Shown here one piece after another: positions 20,779 through 33,363 of a DNA stretch of 64,000 bases. The DNA is from Epithemia pelagica (taxonomy: Eukaryota; Protista; Bacillariophyta): NCBI GenBank assembly GCA_946965045.2, contig OX337233.1, forward strand, positions 3,720,001 to 3,784,000, in the 5' to 3' direction. Below the pieces are notes generated by a model. It was given only the letters and a program-made list of their open reading frames with translations. It searched no databases and was not told the DNA's origin. Every line of letters starts with the position of its first letter. The stretch's first letter is position 1. The position numbers and the translations under genes are program-made.

Positions 20779-21672
20779 ATATGAACTACCTTTGAAACTG
20801 GTTGGGAACGAAATGTCCATGGTCCACACAAAAAGTGAATCTTTGTCGGGGCGTGAGGCATTCGTGTGTTCCGTTTGGGGAACGGAGACTGGATCTCAGT
20901 TTTTGGAAGCTACACCTCTAGGATGAGCCGTAAGAACTATAGACGCCACTCCTATCGTGTGTTTAATGGATGTACCAAACATGAGTGTTTTGTAGAGGCA
21001 CGTGGATTGCCAAGGCCCATTCCGGACTGTGTAGAACCTCTGAGACGTTGGCAGTGCACAAAACCCGTTCACACAAACGAAAGTGCAATCGACACCCAGC
21101 CGAGTGGCGACAATTCTGGGACATGGAGAGCCGAAACACTACTACACTAGGTAGGTAGTCCAAAACCCACTCCAAGACGAGGTTCCAAGCTTGCGCGCAG
21201 TACATCATCCCATTCTGTTGTTCGACCCAAAGTCTTTTGTAGAACCGGAACGCGTCGTATTATATACCGTCTACGTCTATCCAATAGGCATATCATTGAT
21301 TGCATCGGTCCCCGAAGAGGACATCTGGCCGCTGTCCGTTTTAAAGCGACTCAGAAACGACTCATTGGACACGTAGGACCGATGCCCCCGAGATCCCTGC
21401 GTAGCCATTCAAAGCTTCCGAACGGTGGCAAATCCAAGTCCACATTTTAGTAAAGCGGCGGAGAGATTGAGAGTTGTGTGAGAGGGACGAGGGATAGTAT
21501 GTGGTGGTGACAACGTTCTCTGGAACAACAGTTCTCAACCAGTTTTACTAGATTCTCCATTGAGATTGTGTCAGACCTTCTGTGCTGCCTTCCATGAATG
21601 CTCTTTAAGAGAACACCTCACGACGGATCCAAAGTTACGCACGATTGTGGTTGTCGTTGTTGTTTCTTCTAA

Positions 21673-23439
21673 ATGGTTGGGATCGATCACCATGTGGTCG
21701 ACCATGGGTTCCCTACCACTTGTAGTACGACAACGTTAGCTGCAACAGCACGAGCAGGAAATGGCTCCGATCCATCAACCGTTCATGCCAGGAGTCATCA
21801 TCCAAAGCAGGAGGAGGAGAACCGCAAGAACAACGCTGTTGTTGCGGCTTCCTTGTCATTGAAAACCCCCCAAGATGGAAAGCAGCGCATGGATGCCTTG
21901 TCGTCGTCCGCTTTGGAGCAACCACTACAATCGGAAGCACCACCATCCGCGCCAGGCATGATGAGTCGAGGAGGACGCATGCGTTCGCAATCAGTGGCCT
22001 CGACACAACCCAGTGTGGAAACCGTCGTTGTCAAGGCCAAACGAGCAGCCTCCACCTTGTGGACCTTGTTGCATGCCAAGGTACGTGTCCTGGATTTTAT
22101 GTTGTGGAGTAGTGTGTGAGAGTATTTGGTTCCGGACTTTTTTCCTCACCTAAAATGTATCTCATTGTGTTTGGGTTGTGTTTGGTGTCATGTCTCATGG
22201 ATTCTTTCTATTATACGTTTTCTCTAGAATTGTGTCTTGCCCCCGGAATCCTCATGTCGCCATGCCGGGTGTCGGGAAGCCAAGCTATTACATTTGCATC
22301 TCAAATCCTGTCCAGCTGCACACTCATCATCCTTGGGCAATTTTGTGTCGTGTCCGACGCATGGATGCGATCAAGCCCGCAAACTCTTGGCCCATTATCG
22401 TCAGTGTCGTCAAGCCCGACGACGCGAACTGACTGGTGCTGGCAGTCGTAGTACTGGGTTGTTGCGAGGTGCCAGTGCGCAACCCGTCTGTTTGGTCTGT
22501 TCGCTCGTGGCCCGACAGGCACGATCCACCTTGTGGGCGACCCACAAATCCACATCCCTAACGACGACAACATCATCATCATCATCGACCATGACGACGA
22601 CGACAAGGTATTCCAGTGTCTCCTTGCCCAAATCCTTGGCACCCGGCTTGGTGGTGCGGCCCGTGGGAACAGCACGAGCAACAGTACCCCAAGAACCACA
22701 GAATGTCTCCTTGCCACGACATGGAATCCAGGGTGGTGGCAACAATCCTCCGTTCCACACGAATTCTATGAGTGGTAGTACGACGACGAAGGGTCACCCT
22801 TCTTCCAGCAATAAGAAGGGACGTCGAATTATCTCGTCCTTTGTCTTGGAAAAAGAACCAGCCAGTAGTACTAGTACGAATCAGGGAATGGTACCAACCA
22901 GACAATTGCCGCTGCCACAAGCCTCGACCCAAGTTTCTGTATTGTCATCATCCTTCCAACCAGCAGCAGCAATCGTTGCTGCGCAACAAGAATCGTCATC
23001 ACCAAGGCATCCACAACCACTGAATGGACAACGACCACAAGAATCCTTGGCCTCTATGTCATTTCACCCGGATGCTTCCACGATTCCTCATGGAGGAGGA
23101 GGATGGGGCATGCCTCCTCCCGCTCCACGCATGGGTAGCAGCAGCAGTAGCATGGTTGCCAGTGCTGCTGGTGCGTCCTCGGTTCTTCCTGCGTCATTCT
23201 CGTTGTCCCCCAATGCTACTACGACTTCCCTTTCGGATGATGTGGCCCTGGACCCCCTGTCCCTCCTTTCGGGACCTGCTGGTGCTCCGTCTCTGGTGGT
23301 TGCTGCTGCTCCGGTTGTGGTTGGCAACCCCTCGTACCATCCATTGCGGCCTGGACGCAAACTCGAGGCCATTGCTGAAGACGTTGCTGCAGCCGCAGCA
23401 GCATCCCCCTCCTTGATTGGGACTCCTCCTCCGCCATGA
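21673..23439 (+). CDS. TAZ-type zinc-finger protein with disordered C-terminus; intron 22081-22227; start may be 21889
   Basis: AAG|GTACGT donor and CTCTAG|AAT acceptor join in frame: LWTLLHAK/NC...CRHAGCREAKLLHLHLKSC...CPTHGCDQARKLLAHYRQC...CLVC. Confidence 0.78.
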
Positions 23440-23669
23440 CACACACACACACACACAAGTCAAGGAGAGGAGAGGATGCCATAGACTCTCTACTGTGGAC
23501 ATGGTCCATTGATCTAAACCATACTCCTAGCTAGAGGAGTAGGTAGTATACGAGTATACAATAGCATGGATAGTATTGCAGCATCTTATTAGGGTCTGTC
23601 CGTCCGTCGTCCCTGTGCCACTCATCGCACATCTGAACAAAAAAAAAAAAAAGAGTCGAGAGAAAGAAC

Positions 23670-25430
23670 ATGACGACGACGACGACATCAACGACTGCTG
23701 CTGCATCCAACGGTTCGAATGCCACAGCAGCACCCTCTGCCACAGCAATATCAGGCTCGGGTCCTAAACCAAGCACAGCCACATCGTCCTCCTTGTCCAC
23801 ATCTGCAACAACCAACAACAACAATACTCCTACTCCAAATCCTACTACGAATAGCCAACCGCAAAACCCCTCGGGCCACGTGTGGGAAGAAACCAATGTG
23901 GGTCATACCTGGGAATCGGCCGTACAAGAAGACGATCAGGGTCGCATTGTGGTGCAAGGAGATGGTCGCAATGCATCGTTATCATCCTTATTAAAACATC
24001 GTCGTCGTCGGTTGGAACAAAATAATGCCTCCTTACGGCACAAACGCTTGCGACGAGACATGATTCGTTACTTGTATCTCGTGTTGGATGCCAGTCGATG
24101 GATGATGGTCAAAGATCCCACCTTGCCACCGGGAACCCGCTTGGAAGTGACGGTCGAATTGGTGCGAGAATTTGCCAAGGTCTTTCTCGATGAAAATCCA
24201 CTCTCCCAGCTCGGCATTGTCTGGGTCCGTCAGGGCGAAGCCGAACTCGTGTCGCCCCTCAGCAGTCATTTCGCGCCGCACGAGACGGCTTTGCAATCGC
24301 TGCTCGACTATGTCAATTCCGGCCACGACGCTGGCGGTGGCGGCGAATTTAGTTTGCAAAATGGCTTGGAAGTGGCTGGTCGGAGTTTGGGTCATCAACC
24401 CCGCCATGCCAGTCGCGAAATTGTCGTCGTCGCCGCTGCCTTGTCCACCTGCGATCCGGGGTGCAACTTGTTGGCCGATACCTTGCCCCGGTTGCAACAG
24501 GCGCACATTCGTGTGTCGTATTATCACTTGGCGGCCGAATTGTACGTGAGTCGCAAATTGGCGACGGAAACGGGTGGATGTGCCAGTGTCTGTTTGGATC
24601 GAACCCAATTTCGCGATTGGTTGTGGAATCAAACGGTACCGCCCCCGCAAACCACTAGCACTACAAATACCAATACTACAATCACAAATTGGTGTGAAAT
24701 GGTCCGCATGGGCTTTCCCAGTCGCACCGTTTCGGCCATTCCGTCCTTGGTGCATGGCACGGCCACCAAACAAGTGTTGGGGACCTCGTGGTCGAGTGGA
24801 ATAACTAATACAGGTACAGGTACTAGTGCAACTAGTACGAACCAATCGTCGTCCAGTAAGTCCACCGTGTGGTTGGCCCGGACGGCCTATACCTGTCCAC
24901 AATGTCAAGCCAAAAATGCCAGTTTGCCCACGGATTGTGCCGTCTGTGGATTGAAATTGGTGGTGGCACCGCACTTGGCTCGATCCTTTCATCACTTGTT
25001 TCCGGTACCACCCTTTGCCCAAATATTGGTGATGGAAGACGAACCAGAGCAAGAGGATAAGGACCCACAAGCCCCCGCCGACGACAAGAAGAAGAAGAAA
25101 AAGACCAACAACAACAACAACAAGTCTACATCGTCTTCGGCGCTCGTGTCGTCATCCTCTTCCTCTTCCCCATCCCCACTGTCCTTGACCAAGGATTTGT
25201 TGTTGGATTCTTCCTTGGACGATACCTGTTGTTTTGCCTGTACCCGCCCCTTGTGGGCCCCCAAGCCCACCACCAGCAACACGAATGATGTCAACAACAA
25301 TACTACTACTTTGTATGAATGGCTCCGCTTTGCCTGTCCCGACTGTCACAATGTCTTTTGTTTTGATTGCGATGCCTTTTTGCACGAACGATTGCACAAT
25401 TGTCCCGGATGTTTGGCCGTTCGGTCCTAA
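23670..25430 (+). CDS. GTF2H2: TFIIH subunit p44 / Ssl1
   Basis: VWA domain (RRDMIRYLYLVLDAS; EFSLQNGLE), C4 finger CPQC...CAVC with APHLARSFHHLFP, C-terminal RING-like CFAC...CPDC...CFDCDAFLHERLHNCPGC. Confidence 0.95.
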   Translation: MTTTTTSTTAAASNGSNATAAPSATAISGSGPKPSTATSSSLSTSATTNNNNTPTPNPTTNSQPQNPSGHVWEETNVGHTWESAVQEDDQGRIVVQGDGRNASLSSLLKHRRRRLEQNNASLRHKRLRRDMIRYLYLVLDASRWMMVKDPTLPPGTRLEVTVELVREFAKVFLDENPLSQLGIVWVRQGEAELVSPLSSHFAPHETALQSLLDYVNSGHDAGGGGEFSLQNGLEVAGRSLGHQPRHASREIVVVAAALSTCDPGCNLLADTLPRLQQAHIRVSYYHLAAELYVSRKLATETGGCASVCLDRTQFRDWLWNQTVPPPQTTSTTNTNTTITNWCEMVRMGFPSRTVSAIPSLVHGTATKQVLGTSWSSGITNTGTGTSATSTNQSSSSKSTVWLARTAYTCPQCQAKNASLPTDCAVCGLKLVVAPHLARSFHHLFPVPPFAQILVMEDEPEQEDKDPQAPADDKKKKKKTNNNNNKSTSSSALVSSSSSSSPSPLSLTKDLLLDSSLDDTCCFACTRPLWAPKPTTSNTNDVNNNTTTLYEWLRFACPDCHNVFCFDCDAFLHERLHNCPGCLAVRS

Positions 25431-26569
25431 CAAACGAATACTATATATTGTATTGCTATTGTGGAGTGCCGAATCCAGAACAAATGGGGAGGAACAAACG
25501 AACCAAAGAGGGAGTGTGTGTATGGGCCATTTACTCTCATCATGATTCTATTGGGAGTCGAACGAGACGGAGAACCGGATGCTTCTTCTTCTCTTTGAAT
25601 TGCAAAGAGAAGGGTACAGTGATCACGATTGCGTTCGATTGTTGACAAATCCATTCGTACGAATCTTTTTCGACACAGGCTTGCAACAAGAGCAAGGTCT
25701 TTTTGCTCCTTGTTGTGACAGCACAAACGACAATCCCATACACACACACAAAACAATGCTGGAACAAGAATTACTTGTGGTCATCCGAATATGTACTATA
25801 CCGAATCCAGAACGAATATAGAGGGAGGAAACGCATCCGAAATGGTATTGTATTCGATTCCGAGTCGAAGCTGGTATTCGATACGAATTTGACATGATTG
25901 ACAATGGATGCAACAGTCTTCTTCTTCCTCCCTTTTCTGAGCCAGATTCCCACCTGGATCAGTTCCAAAGCATCTCGTCCTCCTGGTCGGTGTCTCACTC
26001 CCGTGGAACCCGTGCCATGCGCTCGCCTACTCTTACAATCAAGCGCAGCCTATAGGTAACCCAAATGCCAATGGGACAAATGAGGCTAGCGATCAGGAGT
26101 TTCCGTTCCTTCGCTTGCATTTTCACATGACCAAAAGGCTGCAGCGATTTAGTTGCAGAATAATTCACAGGACACCCACCGGAACGCAAGAGACATGCAA
26201 AGGTTGGACAATTTTCGGACATTTTCTGGGTACAAATAATGATTCCATGGAGCGCAAACGCGTCTTGATCGGAGAGCAGTTCCGGAAGGACCAAATGTGC
26301 ATTCAAAATGACCCCGTATTCGTGATTGCTACAAGAGACTTTGACGGAGAGCTACAGAGGGGACCTTGGATGAAGTTTGCCTTGTTCTAAATTCTGGAGC
26401 GGAGGATTTCGCCGAGTTTCATGATTTGGAGGACAAAGAGAACAATGGGAACGACGACGAAGAGGTGGGAACTTTATGGTGGGGCCCTGAGGATGATGTG
26501 GATGAACATGATGACTGGCTAGGCAACTCACAGTATTCGTAGGATAGCTGCCCAATCATCGTAATAGAT

Positions 26570-28500
26570 ACTCAAGAAAGGAGATGGGCACATTCAACGA
26601 AAAAATTGGCATTGTTCCACGAAACGATCCACATGGCTCCTCGGGAGACATTGTACGACACGGAGATAAGTCTTGGCTTTGACTTTTGGAGGATGTTCGT
26701 GCTGAAGGCCCATATTCCCTTCCTCATCTGACCAATCGATACGCTCATTTGTTGCTGTTTGGATAGTCGGGGAGACGCACTCCATTGCCAAGATAGTTTG
26801 TGTTGCGGATTCCCTATCGTCCACGGATGAACGGATTTGGACAGGCGGCCATGGAAAACGTTGGCTGCTCCAATGACTGGAGTTGAGTGATGGGTAATAC
26901 TCAAAGTCGAAAGCGATCTAAATTTATGGTTCCGACTGCCAGACAAGGAAACTTGTGCTCCTCGGACTTCTGTCGTCGATGGGCGCACAAACTTGGGGCA
27001 CATGATACTCAAACTCTTGGAGCAGAATCCATTGGTGGTTCGAGTGGCGCCACGGATGGCTCACATAGTCACAGGTCCAGTGTTCGTCGTCATTCCTGCC
27101 GTAAACTCAACCATACTTTGTGACCGGCTGTTCCATGGTCCCCTGTTTCGCCACCTCCACACGAAACGCACACACCAAAGGTCCTGAACGCCGCAGCTGC
27201 CACACAAACAACTGTAGTAGCGGTCAATGTCCTCCAACTCGACCTCGTTGCCATGCGCCCAAAAGTCGCCCTGGAACGACGCAAAAACTTGATTGATGGA
27301 GGCGTTCCAGATCGGTTCGGTATCGTATAGCCTTGCCAGCCCTCCTCGATTCGTCGTCTGACACGCGACGCAACAAGAGCAGCAACAACACGAACAAATT
27401 GGAGCCTCTTGTCAATCTCAAGGTGGATTCGTTTGGGGTCGTCTCACCAACCACCGCCGGGACCCTTGGAGGTTCCCTGACTGTGGTTGTGGACCATGGT
27501 GACGGCGACAATCGTACACAACCGTGTCGACAAGTCTTGTCGTTGTCCTTTCAAAATTTGCCTCCGGTACGACCGTGGAACATGAGACCGGTCCTGTGGC
27601 AGTCCAGGCATCAGCCTACGATACCATGGTGGCATCCTTGTGGGTGTACCACTTTTTTGTTCCCACTGCTACTACAAGGACGACGATCCAAACTACAACC
27701 ACAACAACACTATTACGTTGGAGCAGTATGAGTTGCACATGAATATTCTGGAACAACGAGTCTACTACTAAGTAGTCCCCAGCAAGGTTGTTCTTTTGTG
27801 AAGAGTGTACCATATCACAACGACACCAGTGTGTGGTCCAAGCACTTTCTGGAGACGCAAAATGTCATTGGTTTGGATTGGGTCACAGTGCAATCCGGAC
27901 ACCGGAACGCCATACGATACGCAGAGAATTCGCACTTTCGAGGAGCCCGAAGGATCACACAACGGAATATATACCATTCCATCGTCGGACGATGGCGCTC
28001 TTTGTAGTCTTGCAATATCGTGTACGCCTATAGCGAGAGTAACAAGAAAACTCAAAATTGCTCTTGGTTGGTGGAACACAAGTCGTCGTCGTTGCGCAAA
28101 TCAGCCGTCGAACATGCCGATTTGGCAGCAGTCATGACGACTGCACCCGCTTGATCCTCCACTTGCTCGGTTGGGTATCTCGCCGACACATGGATATCTT
28201 CTCCTCTAAACAATTTGCGGTACATTTTTTCTCAACTAGGGTCCATGTGCATTACATCAAGATTATTCAACACTACTATTGATTCCATCGGCTGCATGAC
28301 TTGGCAATCAACACTCCGTCTCACCCCCCACATGGACCAAATTTTTCATCGTTCACATGAATTGCAGCCTTGTTATCCAGGTGTTGTTGTGGTTCTCCCC
28401 AATTGTGATTCCTTCCTTCCACCACATGTGGTGTTCGTCCAGCTTGTCGTCAAGCATGGCTCTTCCAATCACCTTGATCTTGAAAGAGTCTGCTTCCCCT
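26570..28500 (-). pseudogene. Possible decayed ORF of unknown family
   Basis: Protein-like segments in shifting frames with several in-frame TGA/TAG stops (e.g. VLNNLDVMHMDPS*EKMYRKLFRGEDIHVSARY). Identity not established. Confidence 0.2.
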
Positions 28501-30179
28501 CTCCTTTATCCGTCCAAAGCAAGGTCAAAGGAATATTGCTACTTGAAACGATGCTAATAATTGAGGTGAAGTGTCCGCTCATCACGATTGTCACTGGACG
28601 GATTTTGGATTCTTGTTGTTGTTGTTGTTGGAGGCAATGGGTCATTTGACTCTTGCCGGACAAAAAGAACCAGATGGGAGACAAGTCGAGTCTCATTGGT
28701 CAGAGCGTCTCATTCGGAGGAGAACCAGAACGGTCTTGGCTCTACTAGATGATCGAGACAACAAATCGAAGAACAAGGTTGGATTCCAACCAGTCGCACC
28801 ACTGTCAACTTGAAGAAGAATCCAACCGATTGGCCCGCCGAACAGGTTCGTTCCCATGGATACTGGACGACGACGACGACAAGGAAGAAACTCCCGTTCC
28901 CCTGGGGAATTTTAGGAAAGTATTCACAGTGTGATAGTTTCCAAGCGCCTCCCCTCATGTGGCAGCTCTGCTTGACCATCATGCTTTTTTCCCCTTGATG
29001 GTGTCGTCAAGCTTTTTTCGTTCCAATGGAACGAAGAAGCAAGACCCAATCGTTCCAACCAGCTGGAACGAGTTCTTCTTTCGCGCCTAGTAGTATCCAT
29101 CTTGTTGTTTGCCACATACATTGCATACATGTTTGATATGCAATGTATGGGGCAAACATCAAGATGGATACTACTATGCGCGTGGAAGAAAGATACGATT
29201 TCTGCTCTTGTGTACCTTTTACTCATTGCATACAGTGTCGGATTTCGTGAGAGACTTGGCAGCAATAGTAGTTGCAGTCTCAGCCTGGTCCAGAGACTTT
29301 TGGGCTACATTGGCATTGGCCACTTAGCTCTTTCGTGTTTCGTTCCAACGGCTCTTTCGGTTCGGTTGTTCGAGTTCGTACCACAAAGACACCAATGAGC
29401 GTGACTTGTGTGTGTGTGTCGTTCTCTCAAGTACGAACTCACTAGTGTCTTTGTAGTACGAAATCGAACCACAGAGAACCGAGAGGACGACAACGAGGTA
29501 GGAACCGTCGAGTTTCCTATCGTCTGGAACGCGGTTGTCCATGATTGGTCGCATCCTGGCCGTTTCCAAAAGCGGCCTCGTTCTTTGGCAATTGTGGTAC
29601 TTACAATTCTTGTGCTTGTTGTGGTTGGTACCAAAGGGGAGACTTGCAAAAGTCATCAGCCATTGAACCATGCTGCGCGCGCAACTCTGGAAGGATCCTT
29701 GTGACCCTATTGTGTTACGTACTGTTGCTGCTCTGCGTGATGCAGGTTTCAAAGTCCCAAAATGAAAGCAATGGCTGTTTTAGAAAGAACCTTCTGCTCC
29801 AGGGGCGAGCTCTTGACAATCTTGTGTGTTTGTGGTTCGGCAGACCTTTGTGGTTCGAACGACGAGACACATGCCAGTAGTGCGTGGCAAAAATTCCATG
29901 GTACGGTCCTCCTCGTTCCACGTGTGGGTTGTTGACGTCTCTCGTGTGGTTGTTATGGTTGCCGTCGTTCGGTCGCGACAAACGATCGACCTACAGACGG
30001 TTCGCCGCAGACACAGGTTTGGTGGGCGGTCTCACCGGTCACACCACATGCGATGACACTTTGTTCCATCACATTCAAAGAAAACCAAAGATTCCTATGC
30101 TCGGTTTGTTGGTTGTTGGCGGGGATCCAAAGGAGCGAGGGAAGAAGAGGCTTGTCGTCGTCGTCGTCGTCACAGAAAC

Positions 30180-33053
30180 ATGTCAGGTCAGGTTGCACAA
30201 GGAAGCATCATTACAAGAAAAAGAAGAAGAAGAAGAAGAAGAAGAAGAAGAAATGGCAGAACAAGACCTGGTTGCACACGCCATTCGACGACATCCTGGA
30301 ACTGTCTACTAGTCGTCTTTCTGATGGTCGTCCTGAGCCGGCCCACAACGACACTGGGAAAATTGGTCGAATCGTCGCAAGAAAAGGACAAGGACCGTAG
30401 TGCTGGAATGGAATCATCTTCTTCTTCTTCTTTTTTGTCTGCGGAGGAATCGTCCAATCCACCAACCGTGTCATCTTCATCATCGACTACCCAACGAAAA
30501 CGACCGGAACCAACCACACCCACATTGCCCAAAACTCCTCCTCCTTTTACGACAACAGAGACAACCAGTTCCTCCACAACATCAACATCCGCCGTTTCCT
30601 GTCCGTCCGACATGCCAGCCGGTGTTTGTCGAGCGCAACAAAACAGACACTCCTCCTCCTCCCCCAAAACAACCACAACCACAACAACGACACCCAAATC
30701 TGACCAGTCCTCCGCCGCAACAGGTTCCATGCAACCTCCCGACAAGAGACTGGGTAATAGCATCAAGAATGGTACTACAGTACCACAACAACATCATCAT
30801 CTCGACTGTGGCGTGTACATGGCACCGAGTACCTTGGGTCCGGCCTCCAATTTGGGCATGTACACGGCCCGGGAATTGCACGAGGGTGACGTCGTACCCT
30901 TTCCCGAACTGATTGTTCCCTTGCTGTTTCGCGAATGGAATCAACCCCCGAAAACGCATGCCGTCGATGGGAGTCGCGATGGCAAACTGTGGGATCGCTA
31001 CGTCTGGGAAGGCACCGTCTTTGACTTGCCGACCTACGACAATACCCAAACCACGAGCAGTCGGGCCGCCTTTGTGCCTGGTGTCGGATGTACCGTCAAT
31101 TCCATGTTGGCCCTGTCCAATATACATTCCACGCGCGGGCGATCGTATGATACGGAGGAGATTCCTTCTTCGTTGAGTAGTACGACCGCAAAGGACCATT
31201 TTGTGAGGCAATTGGCGGCCAGTGCGCAATCACCCTATCATGGTGCCGCAACGACCGTGTCCCGATCCACCTTGCCGGCGGGATCGGAATTATTGGCCCG
31301 CTATGGAGAATATTGGATTCCCCACATTCCCAACGTCCAAGTGACCTTGCAACCCGCCCTGGATCAAGCCGAAACCTTTTTGCAAAATGACTACGTTCCC
31401 TTTGTGTTTCGGGGGACGACCAGGACACGGTCGCCACACAACAACAACGACGACCACGACGACAACGACAAGAATTCACCACCACCACAATCCCAATTGA
31501 GTCCGGAATTGCAAGAGGCCTTGTGGAATTTTACCGTGTCCTTTCCCATTCGCAGTCCCGCCATGTCCAATTTACCACGGCTGGATTTGCATACCTGGAA
31601 GGATGTGGTGGAACGATATCAGTACCTGCAAACACGAAACACGACAAGGACAACCAAAGCAAGCAACCAACCATCATTAGTATCCTCCGACAAGGCCAAT
31701 GGTAGTACTCACGAGAACAAGAAACACAAGCACAACAACAAGAACGACATTGACATGGACGCCTTCTTGTCGTCCTTACAAGACGACGATGGTGTCGTGA
31801 CATCGTTTTTGCGGCAACAACAACTTCGACCCCTCTCCTGGTTGCAAGAGAATGGGTATTGTCAAGATCATTTGCGACCGGGTCCCAGTCTCATGGATCA
31901 TGCCGGGCAAGGGGCCTTTGCCACTCGGTTCTTACCCCAAGACACGATTGTCGCCTTTGCCCCCCTCGTCCATGTCGGCCTGCATGCCTCGTCGCTCTTT
32001 GCCATTGCGCATCAAGATGGGTCGTCCTTTTACGATTTGATTGTCAATTATTCCTTTGGACATGTCAATTCTACCGTTTTGTTGACACCCTACGGTGCCA
32101 TGGTCAATTATATCAATCACAATTCCCACTCCCCCAATGTCAAGGTCCAATGGCCCTCTTCTACCGACCACAACAAATTGCTGGCGCACCATCCCGAGTG
32201 GTTGCAGCAATCTCCGCAATTCTTACGGGATACCGTCCAATCCATTGGCTTGGCCTTGGAATACGTGGCCCTGCGAGATATTCAACCGGGCGAAGAAGTG
32301 GTCATGGATTATGGACCCGAATGGGAACAAGCATGGATGTATCATGTCCAACAAGCACACGAACAACAACAAGCACAAGCACAACAATCACCTCCACCCC
32401 CCAGGCCATTCCATTCGACGGCCGTTCACGTCATGGCCCAGGAACCGGTTCCCTTTGAGTATTTTCGAACCGTGTACGAATTGGCCAACCATCCCTATCC
32501 CTCCACCATGGCCACCTTGTGTGTCCCCTCCTTTACCCGATTGCCACAACAAGAATCACAACGACAACAACAGGCCCATCGACCCGTCTATACCTGGATT
32601 GATCCACCGCGTCCTCATGGACACTTGAAGAAAAACAACAAGAAGAATGAAAAAGACGACAAACCGGGTCGTCGTCCCAATGAATTTTGGTCGCCGCATC
32701 GCATGTTTTGCATTGTAACGGACCGCCAAGAAGTTTGGGTGGACGTGGAGGAGGATGTGGATGACGCCAATTCCACCACCACCACAACAACAACGACACC
32801 ACCACAAAAACAACAACAACAACGACTGTCCTATCGGTATACGGTCGATCTCAAATGGGAACCGTCTCGGACTCTTCGGGCCACAGCCTCGCTTCCACCG
32901 ACGGTAGAATGGGTGCGCATTCGCAACGTGCCACCCCATGGGGTTGGCTTGTACGATTTGGCCTTGACTCAAGCCTGGCAACAACCCACCGCCTTTCGAC
33001 ATTCCATGGGATTGCCCAATGATATCATGCCCACGGCGTGGATCAACCAATAA
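30180..33053 (+). CDS. Tandem SET-domain protein with N-terminal hydrophobic (signal/anchor) segment, 957 aa
   Basis: SET motifs twice: CGVYMAPST..NLGMYT / ELLARYG and AGQGAFATR / YINHN / ALRDIQPGEEVVMDYG. Hydrophobic stretch CLLVVFLMVVLS. Confidence 0.85.
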   Translation: MSGQVAQGSIITRKRRRRRRRRRRNGRTRPGCTRHSTTSWNCLLVVFLMVVLSRPTTTLGKLVESSQEKDKDRSAGMESSSSSSFLSAEESSNPPTVSSSSSTTQRKRPEPTTPTLPKTPPPFTTTETTSSSTTSTSAVSCPSDMPAGVCRAQQNRHSSSSPKTTTTTTTTPKSDQSSAATGSMQPPDKRLGNSIKNGTTVPQQHHHLDCGVYMAPSTLGPASNLGMYTARELHEGDVVPFPELIVPLLFREWNQPPKTHAVDGSRDGKLWDRYVWEGTVFDLPTYDNTQTTSSRAAFVPGVGCTVNSMLALSNIHSTRGRSYDTEEIPSSLSSTTAKDHFVRQLAASAQSPYHGAATTVSRSTLPAGSELLARYGEYWIPHIPNVQVTLQPALDQAETFLQNDYVPFVFRGTTRTRSPHNNNDDHDDNDKNSPPPQSQLSPELQEALWNFTVSFPIRSPAMSNLPRLDLHTWKDVVERYQYLQTRNTTRTTKASNQPSLVSSDKANGSTHENKKHKHNNKNDIDMDAFLSSLQDDDGVVTSFLRQQQLRPLSWLQENGYCQDHLRPGPSLMDHAGQGAFATRFLPQDTIVAFAPLVHVGLHASSLFAIAHQDGSSFYDLIVNYSFGHVNSTVLLTPYGAMVNYINHNSHSPNVKVQWPSSTDHNKLLAHHPEWLQQSPQFLRDTVQSIGLALEYVALRDIQPGEEVVMDYGPEWEQAWMYHVQQAHEQQQAQAQQSPPPPRPFHSTAVHVMAQEPVPFEYFRTVYELANHPYPSTMATLCVPSFTRLPQQESQRQQQAHRPVYTWIDPPRPHGHLKKNNKKNEKDDKPGRRPNEFWSPHRMFCIVTDRQEVWVDVEEDVDDANSTTTTTTTTPPQKQQQQRLSYRYTVDLKWEPSRTLRATASLPPTVEWVRIRNVPPHGVGLYDLALTQAWQQPTAFRHSMGLPNDIMPTAWINQ

Positions 33054-33363
33054 TGATTGCGCAATAACAAATCCTACGAATCCTACTCATCCGGATCGCT
33101 GTGGAAGGAACCCACGCACACTTGTAGACTTTTTTCTTGTGATTCGACCAAGAAAAAAGCAGTGATTTGAGAAGCGCCCACAGTGTAGTTCTACAGGACA
33201 CACCGAAACCTCTAGAATACACGTTACGATAATACTATTTAGCAATTATAGGACAGGGACTCTTGTTCCTCCTGAATTCCGCTTGCCAATGGGGGTCTAC
33301 CGAATAATAGAACACATGGATGGATTCATAGATTGCTTGTTGTGGTTGTGGTTCTGTTTCTCG

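Noticed and set aside
27800-28330. Resemblance to an MCM8 zinc finger (RMAFRCPDC) or an SF3/CRESS-virus helicase (RKLFRGEDIHVSARY)
   Set aside because: Only a few residues match and no Walker A motif was found. Not supportable without a profile search.
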